From: Candidatus Omnitrophota bacterium
GTDB taxonomy: Bacteria; Omnitrophota; Omnitrophia; Omnitrophales; Aquincolibacteriaceae
Direction of reading: 5' to 3'
Assembly (NCBI GenBank): GCA_016196545.1
Contig: JACPXM010000020.1
Coordinates: 138,626-202,625, forward strand
Length of the DNA: 64,000 bases
Shown piece by piece: positions 30,588-38,545 of this stretch (positions within the stretch are counted from its first letter, which is position 1; every line of letters starts with the position of its first letter). The position numbers and the translations under genes were made by a program. The notes under the pieces are model-generated. The model saw only the letters and a list, made by a program, of their open reading frames with translations. It was not told the DNA's origin and searched no databases.

Positions 30588-30820
30588 AACCCCTCCTTCA
30601 AGGTGTCCTCCTGAGTCCCGCCAAGGCGGGACGAAGGATCTTAAATCTTTCTTTATCCTGCTACGAGCGGGACTTCTCAGGACGACAGCAAAGAACAAAA
30701 AAAGTGAAGAACTCAAGATCTAAAAGAGACCACAATTATTAAAGATAAGGCATCAATGTTAACAATCCATGAGGAAGATGTAAAAAAGAAGTAAAAGTGG
30801 AGGTGCCCAGCGGGTGTTCT

Positions 30821-32041
30821 CTAGGCTTGTAGGGTGAAGGTAAAAGTGGAGCCTTTGCCAAGCTCGCTTTGGCAGGAAAGGGCTCCTCCATGGGCCTCGA
30901 TGATGTGCTTGGCAATAGAGAGGCCAAGTCCGGTTCCTCCAGCCTCACGGGAGCGGGCCTTGTCGACGCAAAAAAAGCGCTCAAAGATTCGTCCAATGTC
31001 ATTTTCCGGGATACCAATGCCGGTATCTTGAATGCAAACTTTTATTTTCCCCGCAACATTCTCGGCATACAGGATAATTTTTCCGCCTTCTTGATTAAAT
31101 TTCACCGCGTTATCAATCAAATTGACAAGCAGCTGTTTGATTTTATCCGGATCCGCAGAAAGAGGAGGGAGACGGGAGGGGATTTTATTTTCAACGCGGA
31201 TTTTCTTTTGCAAAATTTGCAACTCAAAAAGTTTAAGCACTTGCTGAACCAACTCCGCGAGTTGTAACGGGACTGGCTTCAAAAGAAGCTCGTGCGATTC
31301 GATTTTGGAGAGATCGAGAAGATCGACCACAAGGCGGCTGAGACGTTTGGAGTCCTCCTCCATAATTTTTAAAAAGCTCTCGCTTTTTTCCGTGTCCTTC
31401 AAAGTCCCCCCTAAAAGGGTTTCGATAAACCCCTGAATGGAGGTGAGGGGTGTTTTGAGTTCATGAGAAACATTGGCCACGAATTCGCGCCGGTGGCTTT
31501 CAAGCCTGCGGATTCGCGTGACGTCCTGAAAGACCAGAATGGCGCAAACATCCCCTTGGCTTTTTTGCGTGCCGATGACGGTGACGTCAAAAAACTGAAG
31601 TTCAGGAAGCGTCCGGCTGATTTCTCTTTTGATCAGGGATTGATTCTCCATGACGTCATCGGCCATTTTTTCCACCGTTGAATTTTGGACAATTTGTAAG
31701 AGGCTTTTCCCGAGAGAGGAGCCCGTGGAACGATGGAACATTTTTTCTGCGCTGGGATTAATGGCGATCACATTTTTATGGGTGTCCACCGCGATGAGGC
31801 CTTCGGACATGTGATTGAGCATGGAGGCGAATTTGGTTCGTTCTTTTTCCGAATGCTCAAGTTGATCGGTAAGTTCCTTAAGGGATCGGGAGAAACGGCG
31901 CTTTTGCCTCTCAAAAATTTTGCGGGCATTCCGGAAATAATAAAGCCCGCCAAAAAATCCAATCAGCCCAAGGATCAGAGGAAAACTGCTGATAAAGAGG
32001 TTGCGATAATCAGGATTCGTCATCGAAACGGTAGCCCACAT
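30821..32041 (-). CDS. phoR: phosphate regulon sensor histidine kinase PhoR
   Basis: 406 aa with TM, PAS, HisKA (FVANVSHELKTPLT) and HATPase (GTGLGLSIAKHI) regions. It overlaps the phoB 3' end. Confidence 0.85.
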   Translation of the reverse strand: MWATVSMTNPDYRNLFISSFPLILGLIGFFGGLYYFRNARKIFERQKRRFSRSLKELTDQLEHSEKERTKFASMLNHMSEGLIAVDTHKNVIAINPSAEKMFHRSTGSSLGKSLLQIVQNSTVEKMADDVMENQSLIKREISRTLPELQFFDVTVIGTQKSQGDVCAILVFQDVTRIRRLESHRREFVANVSHELKTPLTSIQGFIETLLGGTLKDTEKSESFLKIMEEDSKRLSRLVVDLLDLSKIESHELLLKPVPLQLAELVQQVLKLFELQILQKKIRVENKIPSRLPPLSADPDKIKQLLVNLIDNAVKFNQEGGKIILYAENVAGKIKVCIQDTGIGIPENDIGRIFERFFCVDKARSREAGGTGLGLSIAKHIIEAHGGALSCQSELGKGSTFTFTLQA

Positions 32042-32699
32042 TCTTAACGGTCACAATGCGAGGGGACTCGGATCTTATTTTTTTTCGAAGCTGCCCGATA
32101 TGCATATCCACGGTCCGGGTCTCGATATTGAGGGAAGGTTCATAACCCCAGATTTTATCCAGCAAAACCTCGCGAGTCAGCACGCGGCCGCGCGCTTCCA
32201 TTAAGATTTGAAGCAAGTCAAATTCCTTGGACGTCAATTCACAAGTTTTCCCCTTGACGGTGACGATATGTTTTCCGGTGTCCACTTCCAGATCGCCCGC
32301 CTTTAAAGTTTTTTCCTTTGGTTTTTCCTGAGAACGCCGGAGCACGGCCTTGACACGCGCCAAAAGCTCACGCGGGCTGAAAGGCTTGGTGATGTAATCG
32401 TCGGCGCCGAGCTCAAGGCCTACGATTTTATCCGCTTCTTCGCTTTTGGCCGTCAACATCACAACGGGAATGGCGGCCGTCATATCGTTCGCTTTAAGGG
32501 TTTTACAGACGTCCAGTCCGTTCATTTCCGGAAGCATAAGGTCTAAGATGATAAGAGACGGTTTGCGGCGGATAGCTTCTTCAGCGCCGGTATTTCCCCG
32601 TGTGGAGACGAAGACCTTGTAGCCTTCCTGCTCAAGGTTGTAGCGGACCAGTTCGATGATATTTTTTTCATCCTCGATAAGAAGAATACTAGCTTTCAC
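32010..32699 (-). CDS. phoB: phosphate regulon response regulator PhoB (OmpR family)
   Basis: 229 aa with a GTG start, REC domain (ILLIEDE, DLMLPEMNG) and winged-helix output domain (VDMHIGQLRKKI). Confidence 0.85.
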   Translation of the reverse strand: MKASILLIEDEKNIIELVRYNLEQEGYKVFVSTRGNTGAEEAIRRKPSLIILDLMLPEMNGLDVCKTLKANDMTAAIPVVMLTAKSEEADKIVGLELGADDYITKPFSPRELLARVKAVLRRSQEKPKEKTLKAGDLEVDTGKHIVTVKGKTCELTSKEFDLLQILMEARGRVLTREVLLDKIWGYEPSLNIETRTVDMHIGQLRKKIRSESPRIVTVKNVGYRFDDES

Positions 32700-32752
32700 G
32701 GTGCTTAGTTTAGCATTGGCTCTATGTTAGAATCCACACCAAAAGGGACTTG

Positions 32753-32802
32753 CCCCTCGACACACCCGGTGTGCAGTACTACACACGGGGTGTGTCGAGG
32801 GG
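32753..32802. repeat. family-A palindromic repeat variant in the phoB / CYTH divergent region
   Basis: CCCCTCGACACACCCGGTGTG and CACACGGGGTGTGTCGAGGGG form a 21-bp stem with one mismatch around the loop CAGTACTA. Confidence 0.8.
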
Positions 32803-32826
32803 GGTAAAGGGTGATGCAAAAATATT

Positions 32827-33531
32827 ATGATTGAGGTCGAATTCAAATGGACGGTTAAATCTCAGAGAGACTTTGAGCGGTTTTTACACGCTGCCCGTGC
32901 ATTGGGCGCAAGCATCGGCAAAAGGCAAGGGCTTCAGATCCGGGATCTTTACTGGGACACCCCGGACGATTTTTTTTCCTCCCAAGGAATTAAAAGCCGC
33001 CTTCGCCGAATCGGTCGTCAATGGGAATGGACTTTAAAGAGCCGCTCTTTATTGAAAGCGGGATTGGCACGGAGGCAGGAGGAGAATATTGCGCTTCCGA
33101 AGTTTAAAACGGAAGCGGCGGCGCTTCGATATTTAGGGGTTGGGTTTAAAAAACTCTTTCGCGTTCGGAATTCGCGGACCCTTCATCCTTTGAATTTCCC
33201 GACGAAATTCTCCGCCGAGGCGAGTTTTGACGACGTGATCTTAAGCCGCGGAAGAAAGCACGCTAAAATGCGGGAAATCGAGCTCGAATTTAAAAAGGGA
33301 AGCCCCAAGGCTTTCCAATCTTTTTGCAAACGTGTCACGACGGGAGGAAGGCTTAGAATTTCACGGGCCCGGTTCAGCGCATCATCGATATTTCCAAAGA
33401 CATTGTCCTCGCCTAAGAGATCCAAAAATCCGGATCGTTCCAGCGTGAAAAGCGGCTGGGAATGCACATCTGCAAGCAAGAAGGCAATCCCCCTTTTTTT
33501 GGAGCTTTTCCACTCCTCTTTAAGGGCCTGA
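32827..33531 (+). CDS. CYTH-domain (triphosphate tunnel metalloenzyme) protein; 3' end uncertain
   Basis: An N-terminal ExExK signature (IEVEFKW) and a later EIELEFK strand. The ORF stays open for 349 nt into the convergent SulP gene. Confidence 0.7.
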   Translation: MIEVEFKWTVKSQRDFERFLHAARALGASIGKRQGLQIRDLYWDTPDDFFSSQGIKSRLRRIGRQWEWTLKSRSLLKAGLARRQEENIALPKFKTEAAALRYLGVGFKKLFRVRNSRTLHPLNFPTKFSAEASFDDVILSRGRKHAKMREIELEFKKGSPKAFQSFCKRVTTGGRLRISRARFSASSIFPKTLSSPKRSKNPDRSSVKSGWECTSASKKAIPLFLELFHSSLRA

Positions 33532-34997
33532 AGTCCTGTCGCATCCATGCTCGGAACATCGCGCATGCGGATAATGCGCACCTTCGGTAATTTCCCCACC
33601 GTGTTCATCGCTTCTAAAAATTTGTAGGAAGCGCCGAAGAAAAAGGGCCCGTTAATTTCGTAAACCTCCACGCCCTCGGGCACCGTGCGTTTCGAAATTG
33701 CATTGGGGTCTTCCTTTTCTTCATCATCGGTCAATTCGCGGGTAATGATACCGACATTTGTGACGACGGCCATGCGGCGAATGAAAAGGAACACCGAAAG
33801 CACAATGCCCGTTTCAATGGCCAGGGTTAAATCAAAAAGGACGGTCAGAAAAAAAGTGATGACCAGCACGGCCACGTCACTCTTTGGGCTTCGGAGCAAA
33901 GCCCGGAAGGTATGCCATTCGCTCATGTGATAGGCTACGGAAACAAGAATTCCGGCAAGACAAGCGAGAGGGATATAAGCTGCCCACTTGCCAAAAAGAA
34001 ACATGATCATCATTAGCACACAAGCGTGAATGATGCCGGCCATAGGAGTCTTGCCTCCGGATTGAACATTGGTCGTCGTACGTGCAATGGCGCCTGTTGC
34101 GGGCATCCCCCCGAAAAGTGACGAACCGATATTCGCAAGACCCTGGGCGACAAGCTCCATGTTGGGCCTGTGGCGTCCGCCGATCATCCCATCAGACACC
34201 ACGGCAGAAAGAAGGGATTCAATTCCCGCAAGCAAGGCAATGGTAACGGCCGAGGGGAAAATGATTCTGACCATTTCAAGGTCAAATACGGGGAGTTGGG
34301 GAAAGGGAAGGGTGTGGGGGATTTCCCCAAAACGGCTTCCAATGGTTTCAACCGGCCAATGAAAAACCTTCACGAGAACACTTGAAATAATAATCGCGAT
34401 TAAAGACCCCGGGATCGGGCTTTTGATGCGACGAAAGAAAACAATCAGAATCAGAGTGCCAAGGCTAAGGATTGAGGCATAAAAATTAACGGAGTATAAA
34501 TGATCCTTGTAAGCCGCCCATTTCCCAATAAAATCTGCCGGCACCGAAGGCATAGAAAGACCAAAGAAGTCTTTGATTTGGGAAGAAAAAATGATCACGG
34601 CGATGCCGCTTGTGAAGCCCACAATCACTGGATACGGAATGAATTTCACCGCCGCGCCAAAACCGCAAAGTCCCATGATTAAAAGGAGAATGCCCCCCAA
34701 AAATGTGGCCAGAAGGAGACCCTCGAGGCCATATTGCTGCACAATGTGATAAACAATGACGACAAAGGCGCCGGTGGGCCCGCCGATTTGAACGCGGCTC
34801 CCGCCCAACGCTGAAATTAAAAATCCGGCGATGATCGCGGTAAATAGTCCTTTTTCCGGAGAAACTCCTGAGGCTATGGCAAAGGCTATGGCAAGGGGTA
34901 GGGCCACAATGCCGACCACAATGCCTGCCACGGAATCAGAACGAAATTGTGTCCAGGAATATTCCCGGAGCGTTGTTAGTATTTTAGGTTTTAGCAT
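33183..34997 (-). CDS. SulP-family anion permease with C-terminal STAS domain
   Basis: 604 aa with the SulP N-terminus (DSVAGIVVGIVALPLAIAFAIASG) and STAS near the C-terminus. The last ~55 aa look like antisense read-through of the CYTH gene. Confidence 0.85.
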   Translation of the reverse strand: MLKPKILTTLREYSWTQFRSDSVAGIVVGIVALPLAIAFAIASGVSPEKGLFTAIIAGFLISALGGSRVQIGGPTGAFVVIVYHIVQQYGLEGLLLATFLGGILLLIMGLCGFGAAVKFIPYPVIVGFTSGIAVIIFSSQIKDFFGLSMPSVPADFIGKWAAYKDHLYSVNFYASILSLGTLILIVFFRRIKSPIPGSLIAIIISSVLVKVFHWPVETIGSRFGEIPHTLPFPQLPVFDLEMVRIIFPSAVTIALLAGIESLLSAVVSDGMIGGRHRPNMELVAQGLANIGSSLFGGMPATGAIARTTTNVQSGGKTPMAGIIHACVLMMIMFLFGKWAAYIPLACLAGILVSVAYHMSEWHTFRALLRSPKSDVAVLVITFFLTVLFDLTLAIETGIVLSVFLFIRRMAVVTNVGIITRELTDDEEKEDPNAISKRTVPEGVEVYEINGPFFFGASYKFLEAMNTVGKLPKVRIIRMRDVPSMDATGLQALKEEWKSSKKRGIAFLLADVHSQPLFTLERSGFLDLLGEDNVFGNIDDALNRAREILSLPPVVTRLQKDWKALGLPFLNSSSISRILACFLPRLKITSSKLASAENFVGKFKG

Positions 34998-35062
34998 GGG
35001 ATCAAAAAGATTATAAAGGGCATATTATAGAGAGGGCAGGAAAAAAGGGTACTTATTTATCA

Positions 35063-35112
35063 CCCAAAGGTACCAGGTTCCTTTTTGCAAAAAAGAACCT
35101 GGTACCTTTGGG
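35063..35112. repeat. family-B ~50-bp palindrome (CCCAAAGGTACCAGGTTCCTTTTT GC AAAAAAGAACCTGGTACCTTTGGG)
   Basis: A near-perfect palindrome whose core matches the 6887-6931 copy. It lies upstream of the sulP start. Confidence 0.8.
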
Positions 35113-35320
35113 GCTTAGGGAAAAAACCCAAAACCCCTTAGCCAATCATAAGTTCCCGTAACAAACTGGATGAGATAAGTCCTCACGGCAAAGATAAACA
35201 CAAGGCAGGTAAGGACTTGGAACCTTTTTCTGAACATGAATTTCCCTTTCTTCATTGAAGAAGCTGCTCTAAATAACGGCAGAAACAGGGAATTTTTAAG
35301 CACAAAAATTCTATTGGCTG

Positions 35321-35349
35321 CACACCCGGTGTGGAGCACACCGGGTGTG
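35321..35349. repeat. family-A core hairpin (CACACCCGGTGTG GAG CACACCGGGTGTG)
   Basis: A 13-bp perfect stem with a 3-nt loop, just downstream of the minus-strand lipoprotein gene. Confidence 0.8.
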
Positions 35350-35378
35350 TGGGTGGTTTGGGTAGAAAGCGTTAAGAC

Positions 35379-35741
35379 TTACGCGATGGCTTCTCCTGCC
35401 ACATTGCTTGTCACGGGAGTGACAAGGACCGTGAAAGGAAAGAAGATAAACCACCAAGCCCGGCGGCTTGACTGCACAATACGGACTTTGGAGGCGTTCT
35501 GCTCTCTAGCGGCCGCGGTGAAGTCTGCCACAGTTTTCTCAAGACTCGCGTCTCCGGCAAGAGGTTTTTTACCCATCAGGAAGTGAAGACCGACATTGGA
35601 GGTGCTTAAGTGTCCGAGGACTTGCCCATCAGGGGATCCCATGCCGTTTAAATCCTTGGCTACAGTTGTTCTGGAGCATCCTGCCAGAAACGGAAGCGAA
35701 AGTACCAGGGTTAAAATCGCTAAAAAGCGAAATTTTCTCAT
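35379..35741 (-). CDS. lipoprotein (lipobox LAGC), possibly Bor-like
   Basis: The signal peptide is MRKFRFLAILTLVLSLPFLAGC. The size and hydrophobic C-terminal segment loosely recall Bor family proteins. Confidence 0.5.
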   Translation of the reverse strand: MRKFRFLAILTLVLSLPFLAGCSRTTVAKDLNGMGSPDGQVLGHLSTSNVGLHFLMGKKPLAGDASLEKTVADFTAAAREQNASKVRIVQSSRRAWWFIFFPFTVLVTPVTSNVAGEAIA

Positions 35742-35803
35742 AGGAATTCTCCTTTGGTTAAAGTCTCAAAATAACCTAGAGACGGATTCTTGATCTCAGT
35801 TTT

Positions 35804-36502
35804 TTAAGCCAAATCAAAGAGCAATAATTCCGCTTCCTCTTTGGATCGAAAAACGATTTCAGATAATTTGCTGACGGCCAGTCCGTCTCCTTGCTCCAGA
35901 GGGTGCCCCGAAACATCGAGCCGGCCTTGGGCCACTTGAATCCAGGCGTGGCGGTCTTTGGAGAGCGGATAGCTGATTTCTTGATCTTCCTGAATCCGCA
36001 ACCCGAAAATTGAGGCGTCTTGATGAATTTTAACGGGGCCCTCTTTGCCTTCCGGGGAAACCAGTAATTTCCATTTTCCCTTCATCTCTTTGGGATTGAT
36101 TTTGATTTGTTCATACCCAGGGGCAATGTTCCTTTGCTCGGGCAAAATCCAAATTTGGAGAAGATGCATCTCCTCTTTTTTGGAAGCGTTGAATTCGCTA
36201 TGGGTGATTCCCGTGCCCGCACTCATGCGCTGAATTTCTCCCCGCCGAATGACAAAACGATTCCCAAGGCTATCTTCGTGTTGAAGCGCGCCGGATAAAA
36301 TATACGTGATAATTTCCATGTCGCGATGGGAATGAGGCTGAAACCCTTTGGAGGGTTTGACGCGGTCTTCATTAATGACGCGCAAGGCACGAAATCCCTC
36401 GTATTTGGGGTCCTGATAATCCCCAAAAGAAAAGGTGTGATAGGTGTCCAGCCACCCGAAATCAAAATGGCCGCGCTCGAGGCTTTTTCGAACTTTCATC
36501 AT
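35804..36502 (-). CDS. pirin-family (YhhW-like) bicupin protein
   Basis: 232 aa with RGHFDFGWLDTYHTFSF and the HPHRDMEI-type motif (QPHSHRDMEIITYIL). Confidence 0.85.
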   Translation of the reverse strand: MMKVRKSLERGHFDFGWLDTYHTFSFGDYQDPKYEGFRALRVINEDRVKPSKGFQPHSHRDMEIITYILSGALQHEDSLGNRFVIRRGEIQRMSAGTGITHSEFNASKKEEMHLLQIWILPEQRNIAPGYEQIKINPKEMKGKWKLLVSPEGKEGPVKIHQDASIFGLRIQEDQEISYPLSKDRHAWIQVAQGRLDVSGHPLEQGDGLAVSKLSEIVFRSKEEAELLLFDLA

Positions 36503-36591
36503 AGAATTAACCTAGCACAAACTTTTCCAAAGTCATCTAGAATTTTTGTGATAAAATGCGCTCGTATCTAACCTTTTAAAGGAGGGATACC

Positions 36592-36987
36592 GTGAAACCA
36601 AGAAATTTTCTTTATCTTTTCCTGTTGTTTTTAACCTTATCTTTTCCCTTTTCGGGCTGCGCGATTTTCCTCTTGGGTGCCGGTGCCGCGGGGGGCTATG
36701 CCATCACCGATGATGAGGTGGAAGGTCATACGGATGTTCCCCTGAAAAAAGCCTGGAAGGCCGCGGAGGCGGTGATCGAACAAGAAGGCGCGATTATTCT
36801 GCGTGATGAAACCGCGGGGAAAATCGAGGGCCTCGTGGAAGGTTCAGAAATTAAAGTCGGCCTTGAGCAGGTCACTTCGAAGACCGTGCGGGTTCGAGTG
36901 AAAGCCCGCAAAACCAAAGGCCTTTTCCCCGATATCAAACGCGCCCAGGATCTCTACGGAAAAATCATCAAAAAAATCAATGCTTAG
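36592..36987 (+). CDS. small lipoprotein (DUF3568-like)
   Basis: GTG start with the lipobox FSGC. AGGYAI...V.G......V..A...A sequence resembles my recollection of the DUF3568 family. Confidence 0.5.
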   Translation: MKPRNFLYLFLLFLTLSFPFSGCAIFLLGAGAAGGYAITDDEVEGHTDVPLKKAWKAAEAVIEQEGAIILRDETAGKIEGLVEGSEIKVGLEQVTSKTVRVRVKARKTKGLFPDIKRAQDLYGKIIKKINA

Positions 36988-38003
36988 CCTTCTTGTATGT
37001 AGATCTCGATTAGGAAGGGTGATTTTTCCAGGACTTCGGGCGGCTGGCCGGAGGCGATGACGGCGCTGCGCAGCTTCATAAGTTTTAAAAGCTCGAGATA
37101 CTCCTCTTGCAAGACTTCAAGAACCCACAGTTCGGGAGAGTCAAAGCGGAAACGCCACCCCTTTTTCAGCAATTCTTCATGAAGGAGATAGCTATCTTTC
37201 CGCAGAAAATTCACATGCCAGTGAAGGGCCTCAGGCGGTTTCTTGGGGGTGTATTCCCGTTTAAGGAGGAGGGAAAGCTCCACGGGATTTTTGGAGACCG
37301 GAATTTTTTCCAGGCGAATTGGCACTTTGTTTTTCTCAAAAAGGGATTTTGCTTCCAATTCCCTAAAAAAATCATCAAAAACTTTCTGTTTCATCTCAAG
37401 GATGAGAAAATCGAGAGTCTGATATTTAACGGCAATCCCCTCGTCCCGTATTTTGGTACGCAAGGCTTTTTCCTCTTCCGGATTTTCAAGTTCTAAATGC
37501 CAATGGAAAGGCCGCAGGCTCAGCACCTTCGGCCGGTCGGCGTTCTGCGAGGCAGACTCCTCAACGGATCCCAGTTTTTCCGTGACTTTGGCAAGGCGCT
37601 TATCAATTAATTCCAGCTGAAGCAGGGCGAGTTTTTTATCGTCCGCGAGCCCTTCTTTTTTTTTGGCCATTTTGACGGAAGCAAGCTGCGGCCAACCCAA
37701 ATAAACGGCCCATCCCGCCAATACAAAAAAAGTCGCCAGGGAAAGGAGGCGCTGCCATGGGATTTGAACTTTTTCTCCCATCCCTTTCTTTTGGAATATT
37801 TTCAGCACTTCTTGGGCAAAATCTTCGGGTAGCTCCGCTTCCCCCAATCGTTTTAAATCCGTGGTGAAGCTTCCAAGGCGAAGGGCATGCTGCTGGCAAG
37901 GAGAGCATCCGGCAAGATGTTTTCGGATTTCCTCATGGAGGGATTCGGAAAGAATGTCCTCTAAAAAGTCGTGAAGCCTTTTTTGAACCTCGCCGCAACT
38001 CAT
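36984..38003 (-). CDS. anti-sigma factor with N-terminal zf-HC2 and one TM helix
   Basis: CGEVQKRLHDFLED...HLAGCSPCQQH, then a TM helix (LLSLATFFVLAGWAVYLGW). There is a 4-nt overlap with the sigma gene. Confidence 0.7.
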   Translation of the reverse strand: MSCGEVQKRLHDFLEDILSESLHEEIRKHLAGCSPCQQHALRLGSFTTDLKRLGEAELPEDFAQEVLKIFQKKGMGEKVQIPWQRLLSLATFFVLAGWAVYLGWPQLASVKMAKKKEGLADDKKLALLQLELIDKRLAKVTEKLGSVEESASQNADRPKVLSLRPFHWHLELENPEEEKALRTKIRDEGIAVKYQTLDFLILEMKQKVFDDFFRELEAKSLFEKNKVPIRLEKIPVSKNPVELSLLLKREYTPKKPPEALHWHVNFLRKDSYLLHEELLKKGWRFRFDSPELWVLEVLQEEYLELLKLMKLRSAVIASGQPPEVLEKSPFLIEIYIQEG

Positions 38004-38545
38004 CCCGCACTCTCTTTTCCGGAAGAAAGGATTTCCTGGAGGTATTTACGGAAAAGAAGCCGCGCTTCTTTCAATCGATTTTGAATTTGCGATTTGGGAA
38101 CGTCCAGAATATCTGCGATTTCTTCATGGGACAAAAGGCATTGGTCTCTCAAAAGGAGGAGGATTTTTTGATTCCACGATAGATGAGCGAGGGCGCGAAA
38201 AATAAAACGGAGTTTGGAATCCAAAAAATTAGGGGCCTCGGACGTCTCGCGAATTTCCTTTTTCCGGATTTTTTTTTGGATTTTTGCGATGAGCGCCCGC
38301 GTCAAACTGATTTCCAAGGGTTCCTTGAGGTCAAAGGGCTCGCTGGATTCAAGCATTTCAGCGAAAACTTCCGGGACAAGATCGGAAAACCCCCCCGCTT
38401 TTTTATCACAGAGGCTTTGGAGAAGGCCGTAAAGCGGGCGGGCGTAGCGGCGGCCCCATTCCTGAATGGCCTCGGGGTCGTGTTTCAGACAGCGCGCAAA
38501 AAGAAGTTCTTCTTCAGAACTGACTCGCGGCGCGCGGTTTTTCAT
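38000..38545 (-). CDS. ECF-type sigma-70 family factor (divergent region 2)
   Basis: 181 aa with a region 4 HTH (LSHEEIADILDVPKSQIQNRLKEARLLFRKYL), immediately upstream of the zf-HC2 anti-sigma. Confidence 0.65.
   Translation of the reverse strand: MKNRAPRVSSEEELLFARCLKHDPEAIQEWGRRYARPLYGLLQSLCDKKAGGFSDLVPEVFAEMLESSEPFDLKEPLEISLTRALIAKIQKKIRKKEIRETSEAPNFLDSKLRFIFRALAHLSWNQKILLLLRDQCLLSHEEIADILDVPKSQIQNRLKEARLLFRKYLQEILSSGKESAG

Noticed and set aside
35115-35339. A 74-aa minus-strand ORF between the family-B and family-A repeats.
   Set aside because: Its start lies within the family-A hairpin. Even the shorter MKKGKFMF... version has no SD or homology signal that I can see. It is left unannotated.
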